From a virus (Duplodnaviria > Caudoviricetes), in the IMG/VR virus record IMGVR_UViG_3300044297_000138, positions 96,001 through 160,000 of that record: DNA of 64,000 nt; one strand, given 5' to 3'. Every line of letters begins with the position of its first letter. Position 1 is the first letter of the stretch. A program made the position numbers and the translations under genes. The notes under the pieces were generated by a model. The model was not told the DNA's origin, did no database searches, and was given only the letters and a program-made list of their open reading frames with translations. Shown piece by piece: positions 9,028 through 17,494 of this stretch.

Positions 9028-9293
9028 AAAATCAACTAGATACATTTGATGATGATTTTGGTTTCTCAGCCATCTCGGCTAAAGAATATGAAGCTAAAAT
9101 TACACAAGCAGCCGAACAAGCTTCTGCACCAGTAGAAGATTATAAACAAAGACTCCAAAAATTAGAATCTATGATTGTTCCTTTCTTAGAAAAATTAAAA
9201 GAGACTGGTGATAAAGAATACATATATTGGCCAAACCGTAAACCTAAAATAGAAAAACAAATAGAGGCAATTCTAAAACTGACTAGAGGATGA
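9024..9293 (+). CDS. Conserved hypothetical phage protein
   Basis: DDFGFSA...EYIYWPNR pattern typical of T4-like phages. Confidence 0.7.
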   Translation: MKNQLDTFDDDFGFSAISAKEYEAKITQAAEQASAPVEDYKQRLQKLESMIVPFLEKLKETGDKEYIYWPNRKPKIEKQIEAILKLTRG

Positions 9294-9294
9294 T

Positions 9295-10005
9295 ATGAGT
9301 GCAACTGTGATTATGCCAACTACGGGTTCTCCGGAGTTGGAAGATGCTGTGGATAGTGTATTGAAACAAAGTTATGAAACTAAATGTTATGTTGTGGCTG
9401 ATGGGGTTCAATCACATTCAAAAACAAGAATCATTACAGATAATTTCTTGAGCAGAAAAAATCTGGAAAAATGTTTTTTACCAATTAATGTAGGCGCTAA
9501 TGGTTTTTATGGCCACCGTGTGTATGCTGCATTTACACACCTAATTGATACCGATTACGTTCTTTACCTGGATCAAGACTGTTGGTTTGAACCAGACCAT
9601 GTAGAAAAGTGTATCAAAACCATAGAAGAAAATGACCTGGACTGGTCTTATTCACTCCGCAAGATATGTGATAAAGATGGAAATTATATCTGTAATGATG
9701 ATTGTGAATCACTTGGTAAGTGGCAAACATATCATGGGGTGAATCACATAGATACTAATTGTTATTGCATAAAAACATCGGTTGCGATAAAATTAGCACA
9801 AGTATGGCATGGTGGCTGGGGACAAGACAGAGTTTTCTTATCTGTTCTTGCACAACACTTTCCTAAATTTGATTGTACCGGTTATTATACAGTCAACTAT
9901 CGTGTTGATGGAAATCCAGGTTCTGTAAATGCAGAATTCTTCCATCATGGTAATGAAGTGATGAAACAAAAATATAATGGAGTTTTCCCATGGCAAAAAA
10001 TTTAA
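9295..10005 (+). CDS. Glycosyltransferase family 2
   Basis: TVIMPT, VVADG, YLDQDCW DxD motif, QDR. Confidence 0.85.
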   Translation: MSATVIMPTTGSPELEDAVDSVLKQSYETKCYVVADGVQSHSKTRIITDNFLSRKNLEKCFLPINVGANGFYGHRVYAAFTHLIDTDYVLYLDQDCWFEPDHVEKCIKTIEENDLDWSYSLRKICDKDGNYICNDDCESLGKWQTYHGVNHIDTNCYCIKTSVAIKLAQVWHGGWGQDRVFLSVLAQHFPKFDCTGYYTVNYRVDGNPGSVNAEFFHHGNEVMKQKYNGVFPWQKI

Positions 10006-10832
10006 TCATTGGTGGTTTTACCAATTACGAAATCAATCAACTAAAACCTTGGGTTTTATCAGCCAAAGAAGTTGCAGGTGATAACGATGTTGTTTTATTG
10101 GTTGGCAAAACAAGTGAAGAAACAGTAAAGTGGTTGAAAAATCAAGGTGTGATTGTTGCACCAATGGCACAATCACAGAATGTTCCAATTCATGTTCTCC
10201 GGTTTCTTTCCATCTACGAATATCTAAGAAACAATTGGGCTAGATATCAGTTCGTTGTTACAACTGATGTTAAAGATGTATACTTCCAAGACGATCCATT
10301 TAAAATGATAGAAGAATGTAAATGGTGTAAACTTCTTATTGCATCTGAAGAACTAAAATACAAAGATGAACCATGGGGTGATGACAACCTCAAACAAGCA
10401 TATGGACCATATGTTTACGAACAATTCAAAAACAATACCATCTATAATGTAGGAACTTTTGGTGGTGTTTCTGAATATGTCAAAGACATGGTATTCAATA
10501 TCTTCACTAATGCAATCAACAGACCAATAGGCATTTGTGACCAAGCAGTATTCAATGTATTGATTGGAACACAACCATACAAAGACATTTGTTATCCAAC
10601 AAACGATTGGGCTTGTGAAGCAGGTACTGTTGCTGATCCAGCCAAAATTTATAATTTTAGAACTAATCTATTAGGTTATGAACCCATCTTTAAAGATGGT
10701 GTCGTAATGACACACGATAACTATGTTTATCCTATCGTGCATCAATATGACCGTGTTCCAGAATGGAAAAAATTCGTGGCCGAAAAATATGGCCAAGAAG
10801 ATGAATCTAAATTTTTTACATATAAGATTTAA
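9990..10832 (+). CDS. GT-A fold glycosyltransferase-like protein
   Basis: TDVKDVYFQ DxxD, YNVGTFGG, DQAVFN, VHQYDR. Confidence 0.7.
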   Translation: MAKNLIIGGFTNYEINQLKPWVLSAKEVAGDNDVVLLVGKTSEETVKWLKNQGVIVAPMAQSQNVPIHVLRFLSIYEYLRNNWARYQFVVTTDVKDVYFQDDPFKMIEECKWCKLLIASEELKYKDEPWGDDNLKQAYGPYVYEQFKNNTIYNVGTFGGVSEYVKDMVFNIFTNAINRPIGICDQAVFNVLIGTQPYKDICYPTNDWACEAGTVADPAKIYNFRTNLLGYEPIFKDGVVMTHDNYVYPIVHQYDRVPEWKKFVAEKYGQEDESKFFTYKI

Positions 10833-10834
10833 TT

Positions 10835-11407
10835 ATGAGTGACGTTATTACTATTAATACAGAAAACAATTCTTGGCAAACTTTTCCACAACAAGACTTT
10901 ATTTGTTCAGGTAAAGGTTTAGGTGAATTATCCAGAAAATTTATGGATCCAAAAATGTTGGAAATTGGTTGTGATGTTGGTGATACTGCCGAATTTATGT
11001 TGCGTTCACATCCAATGTTGCATTTAACATCAATTGATCCGTATGAAAATTATGTGGATTGGAACGGTAGACCTCTAAATGAAAGAGAAGAAGTATACAA
11101 CAATGTTATGGAAAGATTGAAACATTGGCCTGATAGATTTGAACTGATTAGAATGACTTCCGACTCTGCTGCACAAATTTTTAAAGAAGAAGAATTTGAT
11201 ATCATCTTTATTGATGGTTTACACACATATGAGCAACTATCTAAAGATTGTGAAAACTATTATTCTAAAGTTAAACCTGGTGGAATATTTTCTGGCCATG
11301 ATTACAATTCAATTGAAGGTGTACGCCGAGCTGTGGATGAATTCTCTTCCAAACTTGGTAAAAAAATTGAAATCACAGAAAATGATGTGTGGTACTGGTA
11401 TAAATGA
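10835..11407 (+). CDS. Class I SAM-dependent methyltransferase (Methyltransf_24-like)
   Basis: LEIGCDVG, IDPY, FIDGLHTY, KPGGIFSGHDY. Confidence 0.85.
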   Translation: MSDVITINTENNSWQTFPQQDFICSGKGLGELSRKFMDPKMLEIGCDVGDTAEFMLRSHPMLHLTSIDPYENYVDWNGRPLNEREEVYNNVMERLKHWPDRFELIRMTSDSAAQIFKEEEFDIIFIDGLHTYEQLSKDCENYYSKVKPGGIFSGHDYNSIEGVRRAVDEFSSKLGKKIEITENDVWYWYK

Positions 11408-12093
11408 AAACTTGTATAGTAATGTCTGGACAATACAGAACTTTTGACCAGACAAGTGATAATATCAAAAAATTTATCAATATGAATTCGGCAGATGTTT
11501 ATTGTCATCTGTGGTCAACTGACGAAAGAGAAATTACTTATTTGGTTGACAAATTGAAGCCGAAGAAATATCTATCTGAAAATAATTTGAAATATGTTGA
11601 TACATTTGAATCAATTGAACAAAGAATATTACATAATAACCCAAAAGTACCAAATCAAGATCGGCTAGCGGGTAACGCTTCAATGAATTATGGTCGTAAA
11701 ATTGCATTTGATATGGTTCCAAAGGAAGAATACGATACTGTTATTTATTGTAGATATGATATAGGATTTGAACAGTTATTTAACTTCTCTAATGTAAATA
11801 AGATTATTGTTCCTTTTGCTGAATCATATAATTTAATATCAGATATATTTGCGATTATGCCAATGAAAATGGCCAATAGTTATTTTTTATATGACGATTA
11901 TGAAAGATTACATTCAACACCATGGGAACCAGAATTTCTGTATTGGTTGAGAAATGTTAAAAAATATCCAGAACAAGATGTTCAAACACATATACATACT
12001 AGATATTGTCCTCATTTAATGTTAATGCGTAACATTATTATGAACGGACACGATTTTGAAATAGTTAATATTCCAGTATTTTTACAAAGATGA
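11404..12093 (+). CDS. Glycosyltransferase-like protein, SGQxR family (paralog 1)
   Basis: MSGQYRTF, DVYCHLW, YDTVIYCRYD, SDIFA. Confidence 0.6.
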   Translation: MKTCIVMSGQYRTFDQTSDNIKKFINMNSADVYCHLWSTDEREITYLVDKLKPKKYLSENNLKYVDTFESIEQRILHNNPKVPNQDRLAGNASMNYGRKIAFDMVPKEEYDTVIYCRYDIGFEQLFNFSNVNKIIVPFAESYNLISDIFAIMPMKMANSYFLYDDYERLHSTPWEPEFLYWLRNVKKYPEQDVQTHIHTRYCPHLMLMRNIIMNGHDFEIVNIPVFLQR

Positions 12094-12779
12094 AGATAGC
12101 ATTATGTTTTTCTGGTCAAGCCAGGTCATTTGAAAAAGGTTATGATTATTACAAAAAGAATCTACTAACACAATATGATGTGGATGTTTATATTCATTCA
12201 TGGAAATTTGAAGATAGTAATAAACTAGTTGATCTCTACAAACCAAAAGATTATCTGTTTGAAGATAAACTAATGGGTAATTATGATGTTTTATATACAA
12301 GAACACCCAATGCACAAAAATGGCCGCCAAGGTTTACATATAGTGCATTGTATTCAATGAAAGAATCATCAAAGTTAATTGATGGAAAATATGATTGGGT
12401 AATTAAAACAAGAACCGATTATGCATTGAATGTTGTTATTCCTTTTAGTGAATTAAATAATAACAAACTGTATATACCAAATTGCAGAATGGTACCAGAA
12501 AGAGATTTTGGTAATGACCAATTTGCTTTTAGTTCACAAGAAAACATGTTAAAATATATGTCAACGTTTGATTATGTTGATGAATACTATGAATCTGGTG
12601 TTGTGTTCATTGGAGAAGATTTAATGCAAGCCAATTTAAGAAAATATGGTTTGATTGGTGAGAATCTAGTATATGTAAATATGAATAATCCTTTTCCTCC
12701 TGGACCACATAACGGAACTTGGCACTCTTTAATTCGTGATGATTATGCAAGTTGGACCGAAACTAATACAAAAACTTAA
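12090..12779 (+). CDS. Glycosyltransferase-like protein, SGQxR family (paralog 2)
   Basis: FSGQARSF, DVYIHSW, YDWVIKTRTD, NDQFA. Confidence 0.6.
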   Translation: MKIALCFSGQARSFEKGYDYYKKNLLTQYDVDVYIHSWKFEDSNKLVDLYKPKDYLFEDKLMGNYDVLYTRTPNAQKWPPRFTYSALYSMKESSKLIDGKYDWVIKTRTDYALNVVIPFSELNNNKLYIPNCRMVPERDFGNDQFAFSSQENMLKYMSTFDYVDEYYESGVVFIGEDLMQANLRKYGLIGENLVYVNMNNPFPPGPHNGTWHSLIRDDYASWTETNTKT

Positions 12780-13500
12780 AGGACATTCAGGTTCAGAGGT
12801 GAGTTTGAAAGAATGGCCAGGTGGCAGTCTATATGTTGAAAAAGTTGGAAACACAGAACGCAACTTGGAAAGAATGACTGCATTACATCAAATGGGTTAT
12901 CGTGTTCCGAAGATATACTATTCGGAAACAGATTATTTGTTGATGGAATATATTCATGGATTAGATATGAAGAACTATTTACTTCATAATAATGTCCAAC
13001 AACTATACAACTTTATAGTTGAAACAATAGATGATTTCTCTAACGATTCTGTAATGGTAGACTATACGCAAGTATACCACAAAAAACTTTCTTGGATGGA
13101 TGGTTGCAAAGAATTACCATTTACCAAAAAAGAATTGATTTCAAAATTACCAAAATCGTTGCCTAGATCCACCTATCATGGTGATTTCACACTAGAAAAC
13201 ATACTATACACTAATCCAGGATTCTGTATGATTGATCCTGTGACGATAGAATATGATTCTTATGTGTTTGATATTGCAAAACTTAGGCAAGACCTGGAAT
13301 GTAAATGGTTTCTACGTAATACCGATATGAAACTGGATACGAAATTGGAGATTCTTAATTCAAAATTAAGAAAGATGTATGAAGAATATATTAATGATTA
13401 TCTTTTGATTTTGATGTTACTTAGAGTGTATCTACATACTAAACCAGGTGATTCGGATCACCTATTCATTATGAAAGAGATTTACAGATTATGGAAATAA
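12736..13500 (+). CDS. APH/choline-kinase-like phosphotransferase
   Basis: GHSGS loop, MEYI, HGDFTLENIL, IDP, DIAKLRQD. Confidence 0.8.
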   Translation: MMIMQVGPKLIQKLKGHSGSEVSLKEWPGGSLYVEKVGNTERNLERMTALHQMGYRVPKIYYSETDYLLMEYIHGLDMKNYLLHNNVQQLYNFIVETIDDFSNDSVMVDYTQVYHKKLSWMDGCKELPFTKKELISKLPKSLPRSTYHGDFTLENILYTNPGFCMIDPVTIEYDSYVFDIAKLRQDLECKWFLRNTDMKLDTKLEILNSKLRKMYEEYINDYLLILMLLRVYLHTKPGDSDHLFIMKEIYRLWK

Positions 13501-14519
13501 TTGTACCTGCAGCTGGTCTTTCCACCAGATTCCCAAATATGAAACCGAAATATCTTTTGTATGATTACAAAGGTGATATGATGTTGATGAATGCTTTGAG
13601 AACCTTTCGTGAAAGAGGTTATAAAATGCACATTGGTATTTTGAAAGAACACGAAGAAACATACAATGTTATTCAACAAATTCAACATGAATGGCCGGAT
13701 AATATTAATTTTGTTGTTATTGATAAACCGACCAGAGGACCTGCCGATACAGTATATCAAATAATAAAATCAGCTGGATTACACATATCCGAAATTTTCA
13801 TCAAAGACTGTGACAGTTTTTTTGAACATGATATTACCGAAGGTGATAATTATGTTTGTATCTCCAAAATTTCACAACATGAAATCCTAAAGAAACTTGC
13901 ATCAAAAAGCTTTACAATTGCTAACGAAAATGGTATAATAACGGATATCGTTGAAAAAGAAGTGGTATCAGACACCTTCTGTGTTGGTGGTTATAAGTTC
14001 TCATCTGCAATGATGTATAAGAGTGCATTTGAACAGTTGAACACCGATAGAGAAGTTTTTGTTTCCGATGTGATTGGCCGTTGTATAAACAACTTGCAAG
14101 TTTTTACCAACAAACTAGTAACAGATTATGTTGATGTTGGTACCGCAAATGATTGGTTTGAATTCAATGATAAACCTGTAATCTTCTGTGATATTGATGG
14201 TACAATCATTGTTGCACAATCTAGATTGGATTTGGAAAATAAAAACAATCCGATTGCGTTACAAAAAAATATAGACAGACTATTGAAAATGCAAGAAAAC
14301 GGAGCACAATTCATATTCACTTCAGCAAGAGATAACAAATACAACTCTTTGACCAGAGAAATGTTATATAAATTGGGTTTTAAGAGTTTCAATTTAATTT
14401 GTGGATTACAAAACAGCAAGAGAATATTGATTAATGATTTTAATGAAGCCAATCCACACCCAAGAGCCGTTGCAATCAACCTTTACAGAAATGACGATAG
14501 ATTGAGTGATTTCCTATGA
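13491..14519 (+). CDS. Sugar nucleotidyltransferase fused to HAD-like phosphatase
   Basis: IVPAAGLSTRF...KPK N-terminal motif; C-terminal FCDIDGTI, TSAR, ILIND. Confidence 0.8.
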   Translation: MEIIVPAAGLSTRFPNMKPKYLLYDYKGDMMLMNALRTFRERGYKMHIGILKEHEETYNVIQQIQHEWPDNINFVVIDKPTRGPADTVYQIIKSAGLHISEIFIKDCDSFFEHDITEGDNYVCISKISQHEILKKLASKSFTIANENGIITDIVEKEVVSDTFCVGGYKFSSAMMYKSAFEQLNTDREVFVSDVIGRCINNLQVFTNKLVTDYVDVGTANDWFEFNDKPVIFCDIDGTIIVAQSRLDLENKNNPIALQKNIDRLLKMQENGAQFIFTSARDNKYNSLTREMLYKLGFKSFNLICGLQNSKRILINDFNEANPHPRAVAINLYRNDDRLSDFL

Positions 14520-15211
14520 TTATACCAGATAAAAACCTATTCATTGTTACCTCAGCACTAAAACCTTTAGGTGGTGCATTTAGTGATGGCGAAAGATTCC
14601 AACAAACTGTTGATGGAATTAGGTCTATAAGAAAGGTTCTTCCGGATGCAATTATTGTGACTTCTGATGTGTCGGTCCGACCTCTATCGGAAATGGAAAG
14701 AAATGGGATTGCAAAACTATCAAATATATTTGTTGATATGTCACAAGATCAAGTTGTTATGGATTTATCTAACAAAGGAATGAAAAGTCTTGCTGAGAAT
14801 GTATTGTTATTCAATACTATTCAAACGTTAAGAAATTCACCAGAAACAGCACAAATGATGAGTTCTGTAAAAAGAATTTTTAAATTTTCGGCCAGAACTA
14901 TATTAGAAGATAGTTTTGACGCATCCGAATATGATGCCTTATTTGGTAAATTTGTTTTTAAAAAACGGATTCCTACATGGATGAATCCTCCTGTAATCTC
15001 AGACATTCTAATTACTAGGATGTTTTCTCTGTGTCCGTCTTTAATTGATACATATTTGAGTGTGGTTGGTCAAAATATACAAGCCATACAACAAGGATTT
15101 GATACCGAACATGCACATTTTCACAACATTCCAAAACAACATTTAGTTGAGTTTGATAAACTACATTGTCACGGATGGCTGGCTGGAAATGGTAAAATTG
15201 AGTATTATTGA
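14516..15211 (+). CDS. Glycosyltransferase-like hypothetical protein
   Basis: IVTSAL...ERFQQT..I.SIR, RIFKFSAR, EH; glyco-cluster context. Confidence 0.5.
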   Translation: MIIPDKNLFIVTSALKPLGGAFSDGERFQQTVDGIRSIRKVLPDAIIVTSDVSVRPLSEMERNGIAKLSNIFVDMSQDQVVMDLSNKGMKSLAENVLLFNTIQTLRNSPETAQMMSSVKRIFKFSARTILEDSFDASEYDALFGKFVFKKRIPTWMNPPVISDILITRMFSLCPSLIDTYLSVVGQNIQAIQQGFDTEHAHFHNIPKQHLVEFDKLHCHGWLAGNGKIEYY

Positions 15212-15266
15212 CGCTATATATCGTTTCCAACATTTGTTTGGTTCTAGACCATACATTTAAATCTTA

Positions 15267-15274
15267 TATAAATA
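15267..15274 (+). promoter_or_regulatory. T4-type late promoter TATAAATA
   Basis: Exact consensus in the intergenic gap ~40 nt before ATG 15316. Confidence 0.75.
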
Positions 15275-15315
15275 TACCGCTGGCAACCAAAGTGTGTTGC
15301 ATCCTAGAGGTACTA

Positions 15316-16518
15316 ATGTTAACTTTCAAGAGTTTTTTAAAAGAACAAACTGATCCTGAAGAAGGCGCAAGCCGCCAAATAAAACATCTAACACATGTTG
15401 AGGATCGTCCTTTGCAAAAGGGAGAATCTGGATTTAAACATGCCATCGGTTCACTAACGTCTGCGGCTGATCACATTGCAAAAGGTAAAAAGACTTCCGA
15501 ACTCACAACAAAATATGATGGTTCACCAGCTATTGTTTATGGTCATCATCCAAAGAATGGTAAATTTTTTGTTGCTTCAAAGTCAGCTTTCAATAAAACA
15601 CCAAAAATAAATTACACACCACAAGATATAGAAAAGAATCATGGCCATGCACCAGGTCTGGTTAGCAAATTAAAAGACGCATTAGAAAACTTACCAAAAA
15701 TTGCACCAAAAGAAGGTGTCTATCAGGGTGATATGATGTTTGGAAGTAGTAAGGGTGATAAAATTAAAGAAAAAGATGGCGGTCAGTCTTTTCATCCAAA
15801 TCCATCAGGACTAACTTATACTGCCCACGGTGATGAAGCAAATAAAGTTAAAAAAGCCAAAATTGGTGTTGTTACACATCTTTCATATCATGGTGATGAT
15901 GCATCAAATTTAAATGCATCACATGAAGTTAATCACGAAAAATTTCAACAACACCCGGATGTTTATTCTGTAGATCCAAGAATGGACACAAGTAAAGTTC
16001 ATTTCAGTCCAAAAGAAAAAAAAGAATTTGATAAACATATCAGAGCTGCACAAGCTTTACATGACACACACGGTAGTGACATGTATGCAGGCACAAGAGA
16101 TCACCAAGGTGTTGGTGGTCATTTGGAAACATATATGAATCATACGGTTAGAACCGGTGAAGAACCAAACCATGAAAACTTTAAAAATTGGCTTGAAACT
16201 AAGACAAACAAAGACATTGACAAACTAAAAGTTGAAAAGAACAAACAAACAAAACAAAAAGCTTTGTCTGATGAATTAGGTAAAGTCGAAAGAAACAAAA
16301 AACATTATAACAATCTTTTCAAATTACACAAGCATTTACAGAGCGCCAAGAATGTTTTAATAGGTGTATTAAATCAGCACCAAGAATTTCAACACAAACA
16401 CGCAGGTGAAGATGCTAATCCAGAAGGTTATGTTTTTCATCACAACAACGATTCAGATAAACTTGTAAATCGTGCTGAATTTTCTCGTAGAAATTTTGCT
16501 GGTATAAGGAACATTTAA
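15316..16518 (+). CDS. Ligase/nucleotidyltransferase-like protein (DUF6267-like) with capsid-targeting-like N-terminus
   Basis: Start reassigned to MLTFKSFLKE (GAGG RBS); TKYDGSPA (KxDG), YQGD, PEGYV, KLV motifs. Confidence 0.65.
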   Translation: MLTFKSFLKEQTDPEEGASRQIKHLTHVEDRPLQKGESGFKHAIGSLTSAADHIAKGKKTSELTTKYDGSPAIVYGHHPKNGKFFVASKSAFNKTPKINYTPQDIEKNHGHAPGLVSKLKDALENLPKIAPKEGVYQGDMMFGSSKGDKIKEKDGGQSFHPNPSGLTYTAHGDEANKVKKAKIGVVTHLSYHGDDASNLNASHEVNHEKFQQHPDVYSVDPRMDTSKVHFSPKEKKEFDKHIRAAQALHDTHGSDMYAGTRDHQGVGGHLETYMNHTVRTGEEPNHENFKNWLETKTNKDIDKLKVEKNKQTKQKALSDELGKVERNKKHYNNLFKLHKHLQSAKNVLIGVLNQHQEFQHKHAGEDANPEGYVFHHNNDSDKLVNRAEFSRRNFAGIRNI

Positions 16519-16519
16519 A

Positions 16520-17494
16520 ATGCCAATGTCTTTTAAAGGATTTTTAATTGTTGAAGGTCGTGGCAAAATGACAGCTTCTGGTTCAGCTGGCGCCGAACAT
16601 GTAAAAAAATATGTCAATCCATTTATTGGTTCTAAAGATTATACACATACATTAGCTGCTGAACATGATGATTTGCCAGCAGGTTCACATGTTAAATTGA
16701 AATCGGTGTCAAATATAAACGGAAAATATCATGTTAATGCCGAAGATCAAACCGGTAATGAACATACAATTCCAATTTCAAAATTATTTAAACCAGGTGA
16801 AGCTCCTGCCAATAAAGGTCACGATTACGAAAGTAAATTTGTGGAAAGAATGAAAAAACACGATATTATGCCATCACATTTGTCTGGCGCAGGTTCTACA
16901 GCAGGAACAGATTTTGCTATTGAAAATAAAAAGAAGGGTGTTTTTCATCCGGCCACAGTTAATGGAAATTTGTTAAACGGCGAAACTAAAGATGGTGTTA
17001 CAGCCGCAATGGGACAACTAACAATACATTACACAAAAGAAAAAGGTTGGCACATTGGAGATAAAGCAAGAAACAACCGACCTTTATATGCAAAACAAAT
17101 TGAAAAATCTGGAATTTTGAAACATATGAATCAACATTTTTCCGATCCAGAAAAATCCGAAACTACAGCATCAGGTCGTGCAAAAACAGTAGAAATCAAA
17201 CACCCTAATTTGGATCCAGCCGAATCTTATTTACAAGATCATCATGTTCATGTATTACAGGTTGGTGGTCATGGAACATATAGTGTCGGAAAATCCGATG
17301 CAACTGGACACGGATTGCCAAGAATAAGCGGCAAAGGTGTTTGGAGAATTCGTGAAAAACAAAAAGGTAATAAATTTGCTAGAACTGTTGCTTTTCATCC
17401 TGACGGTAAAAAAGGATTAAATAAGAGTAATGTTGATTTAGATAATGACGAACACCTTTTTGCATTTAAGAAAACTATAGGACACAAAGATTAA
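16520..17494 (+). CDS. PD-(D/E)XK nuclease-like protein, paralog of 8281-9027, with capsid-targeting-like N-terminus
   Basis: MSFKGFLIVE; GHDYE...GTDF...NGETK; LQVGGHGTY, LPRISG, WRIR. Confidence 0.6.
   Translation: MPMSFKGFLIVEGRGKMTASGSAGAEHVKKYVNPFIGSKDYTHTLAAEHDDLPAGSHVKLKSVSNINGKYHVNAEDQTGNEHTIPISKLFKPGEAPANKGHDYESKFVERMKKHDIMPSHLSGAGSTAGTDFAIENKKKGVFHPATVNGNLLNGETKDGVTAAMGQLTIHYTKEKGWHIGDKARNNRPLYAKQIEKSGILKHMNQHFSDPEKSETTASGRAKTVEIKHPNLDPAESYLQDHHVHVLQVGGHGTYSVGKSDATGHGLPRISGKGVWRIREKQKGNKFARTVAFHPDGKKGLNKSNVDLDNDEHLFAFKKTIGHKD

Noticed and set aside
15208-15315. ORF-track start at 15208
   Set aside because: The late promoter at 15267 and the GAGG RBS place the start at ATG 15316.
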